Assembly (NCBI RefSeq): GCF_009914755.1
Contig: NC_060929.1
DNA length: 64,000 bases
From: the human T2T-CHM13v2.0 reference genome, Homo sapiens
Reading direction: 5' to 3' (one strand)
Positions within the stretch are counted from its first letter, which is position 1, and each line of letters opens with the position of its first letter. A model generated the notes under the pieces. The model saw only the letters and a program-made list of their open reading frames with translations, was not told the DNA's origin and searched no databases. Below are positions 59,893 through 64,000 of the stretch, piece after piece. A program made the translations under genes and the position numbers.

Positions 59893-60909
59893 ATGGGGAA
59901 AAAACAGAACAGAAAAACTGGAAACTCTAAAACGCAGAGCGCCTCTCCTCCTCCAAAGGAATGCAGTTCCTCACCAGCAACAGAACAAAGCTGGATGGAG
60001 AATGATTTTGACGAGCTGAGAGAAGAAGGCTTCAGACGATCAAATTACTCTGAGCTACGGGAGGACATTCAAACCAAAGGCAAAGAAGTTGAAAACTTTG
60101 AAAAAAATTTAGAAGAATGTATAACTAGAATAACCAATACAGAGAAGTGCTTAAAGGAGCTGATGGAGCTGAAAACCAAGGCTCGAGAACTACGTGAAGA
60201 ATGCAGAAGCCTCAGGAGCCGATGCGATCAACTGGAAGAAAGGGTATCAGCAATGGAAGATGAAATGAATGAAATGAAGCGAGAAGGGAAGTTTAGAGAA
60301 AAAAGAATAAAAAGAAATGAGCAAAGCCTCCAAGAAATATGGGACTATGTGAAAAGACCAAATCTACGTCTGATTGGTGTACCTGAAAGTGATGTGGAGA
60401 ATGGAACCAAGTTGGAAAACACTCTGCAGGATATTATCCAGGAGAACTTCCCCAATCTAGCAAGGCAGGCCAACGTTCAGATTCAGGAAATACAGAGAAC
60501 GCCACAAAGATACTCCTCGAGAAGAGCAACTCCAAGACACATAATTGTCAGATTCACCAAAGTTGAAATGGAGGAAAAAATGTTAAGGGCAGCCAGAGAG
60601 AAAGGTCGGGTTACCCTCAAAGGGAAGCCCATCAGACTAACAGCGGATCTCTTGGCAGAAACCCTACAAGCCAGAAGAGAGTGGGGGCCAATATTCAACA
60701 TTCTTAAAGAAAAGAATTTTCAACCCAGAATTTCATATCCAGCCAAACTAAGCTTCATAAGTGAAGGAGAAATAAAATACTTTATAGACAAGCAAATGCT
60801 GAGAGATTTTGTCACCACCAGGCCTGCCCTAAAAGAGCTCCTGAAGGAAGCGCTAAACCTGGAAAGGAACAACCAGTACCAGCCGCTGCAAAATCATGCC
60901 AAAATGTAA
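59893..60909 (+). CDS. ORF1: L1 ORF1p (338 aa RNA-binding protein), intact
   Basis: Full length; REKG, ARR and YPAKLS motifs intact; apparent substitutions versus recalled consensus are R24C, K227E, S254L, M323L, R328Q. Confidence 0.97.
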   Translation: MGKKQNRKTGNSKTQSASPPPKECSSSPATEQSWMENDFDELREEGFRRSNYSELREDIQTKGKEVENFEKNLEECITRITNTEKCLKELMELKTKARELREECRSLRSRCDQLEERVSAMEDEMNEMKREGKFREKRIKRNEQSLQEIWDYVKRPNLRLIGVPESDVENGTKLENTLQDIIQENFPNLARQANVQIQEIQRTPQRYSSRRATPRHIIVRFTKVEMEEKMLRAAREKGRVTLKGKPIRLTADLLAETLQARREWGPIFNILKEKNFQPRISYPAKLSFISEGEIKYFIDKQMLRDFVTTRPALKELLKEALNLERNNQYQPLQNHAKM

Positions 60910-60948
60910 AGACCATCGAGACTAGGAAGAAACTGCATCAACTAATGA

Positions 60949-64000
<3,052 letters not shown>

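Overview
Primate, very probably human, non-coding DNA (intronic or intergenic), densely covered by transposable elements. I find no host protein-coding exon, tRNA, rRNA or CRISPR array, and almost all ORFs in the track are chance or repeat-derived. The only real coding sequence is a young, 5'-intact L1HS-type LINE-1 from 59008 to beyond the right edge. It has an intact YY1 site, antisense ORF0 and ORF1. Its ORF2 is broken by one nonsense codon (Q329*) just after a complete endonuclease domain. The rest of the window holds about 10 Alus, a MER9 (HML-3) solo LTR with a perfect 6-bp TSD, two four-level element nests (12-20 kb and 20-25 kb), MaLR LTRs, hAT remnants, and old L1M/L2/MIR. In unique DNA the notable items are a near-consensus REST/RE1 site (41886), a CTCF-like site in a small CpG-rich patch (28825), an unexplained 77-bp ungapped duplicate (897/2276) and an exact 22-bp repeat 3.1 kb apart. 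Two Alus lack a tail yet keep TSDs. I see no evidence for a wholly new biological system. Repeat subfamily names and consensus comparisons come from memory, not from a database search, and boundaries of old repeats are approximate.
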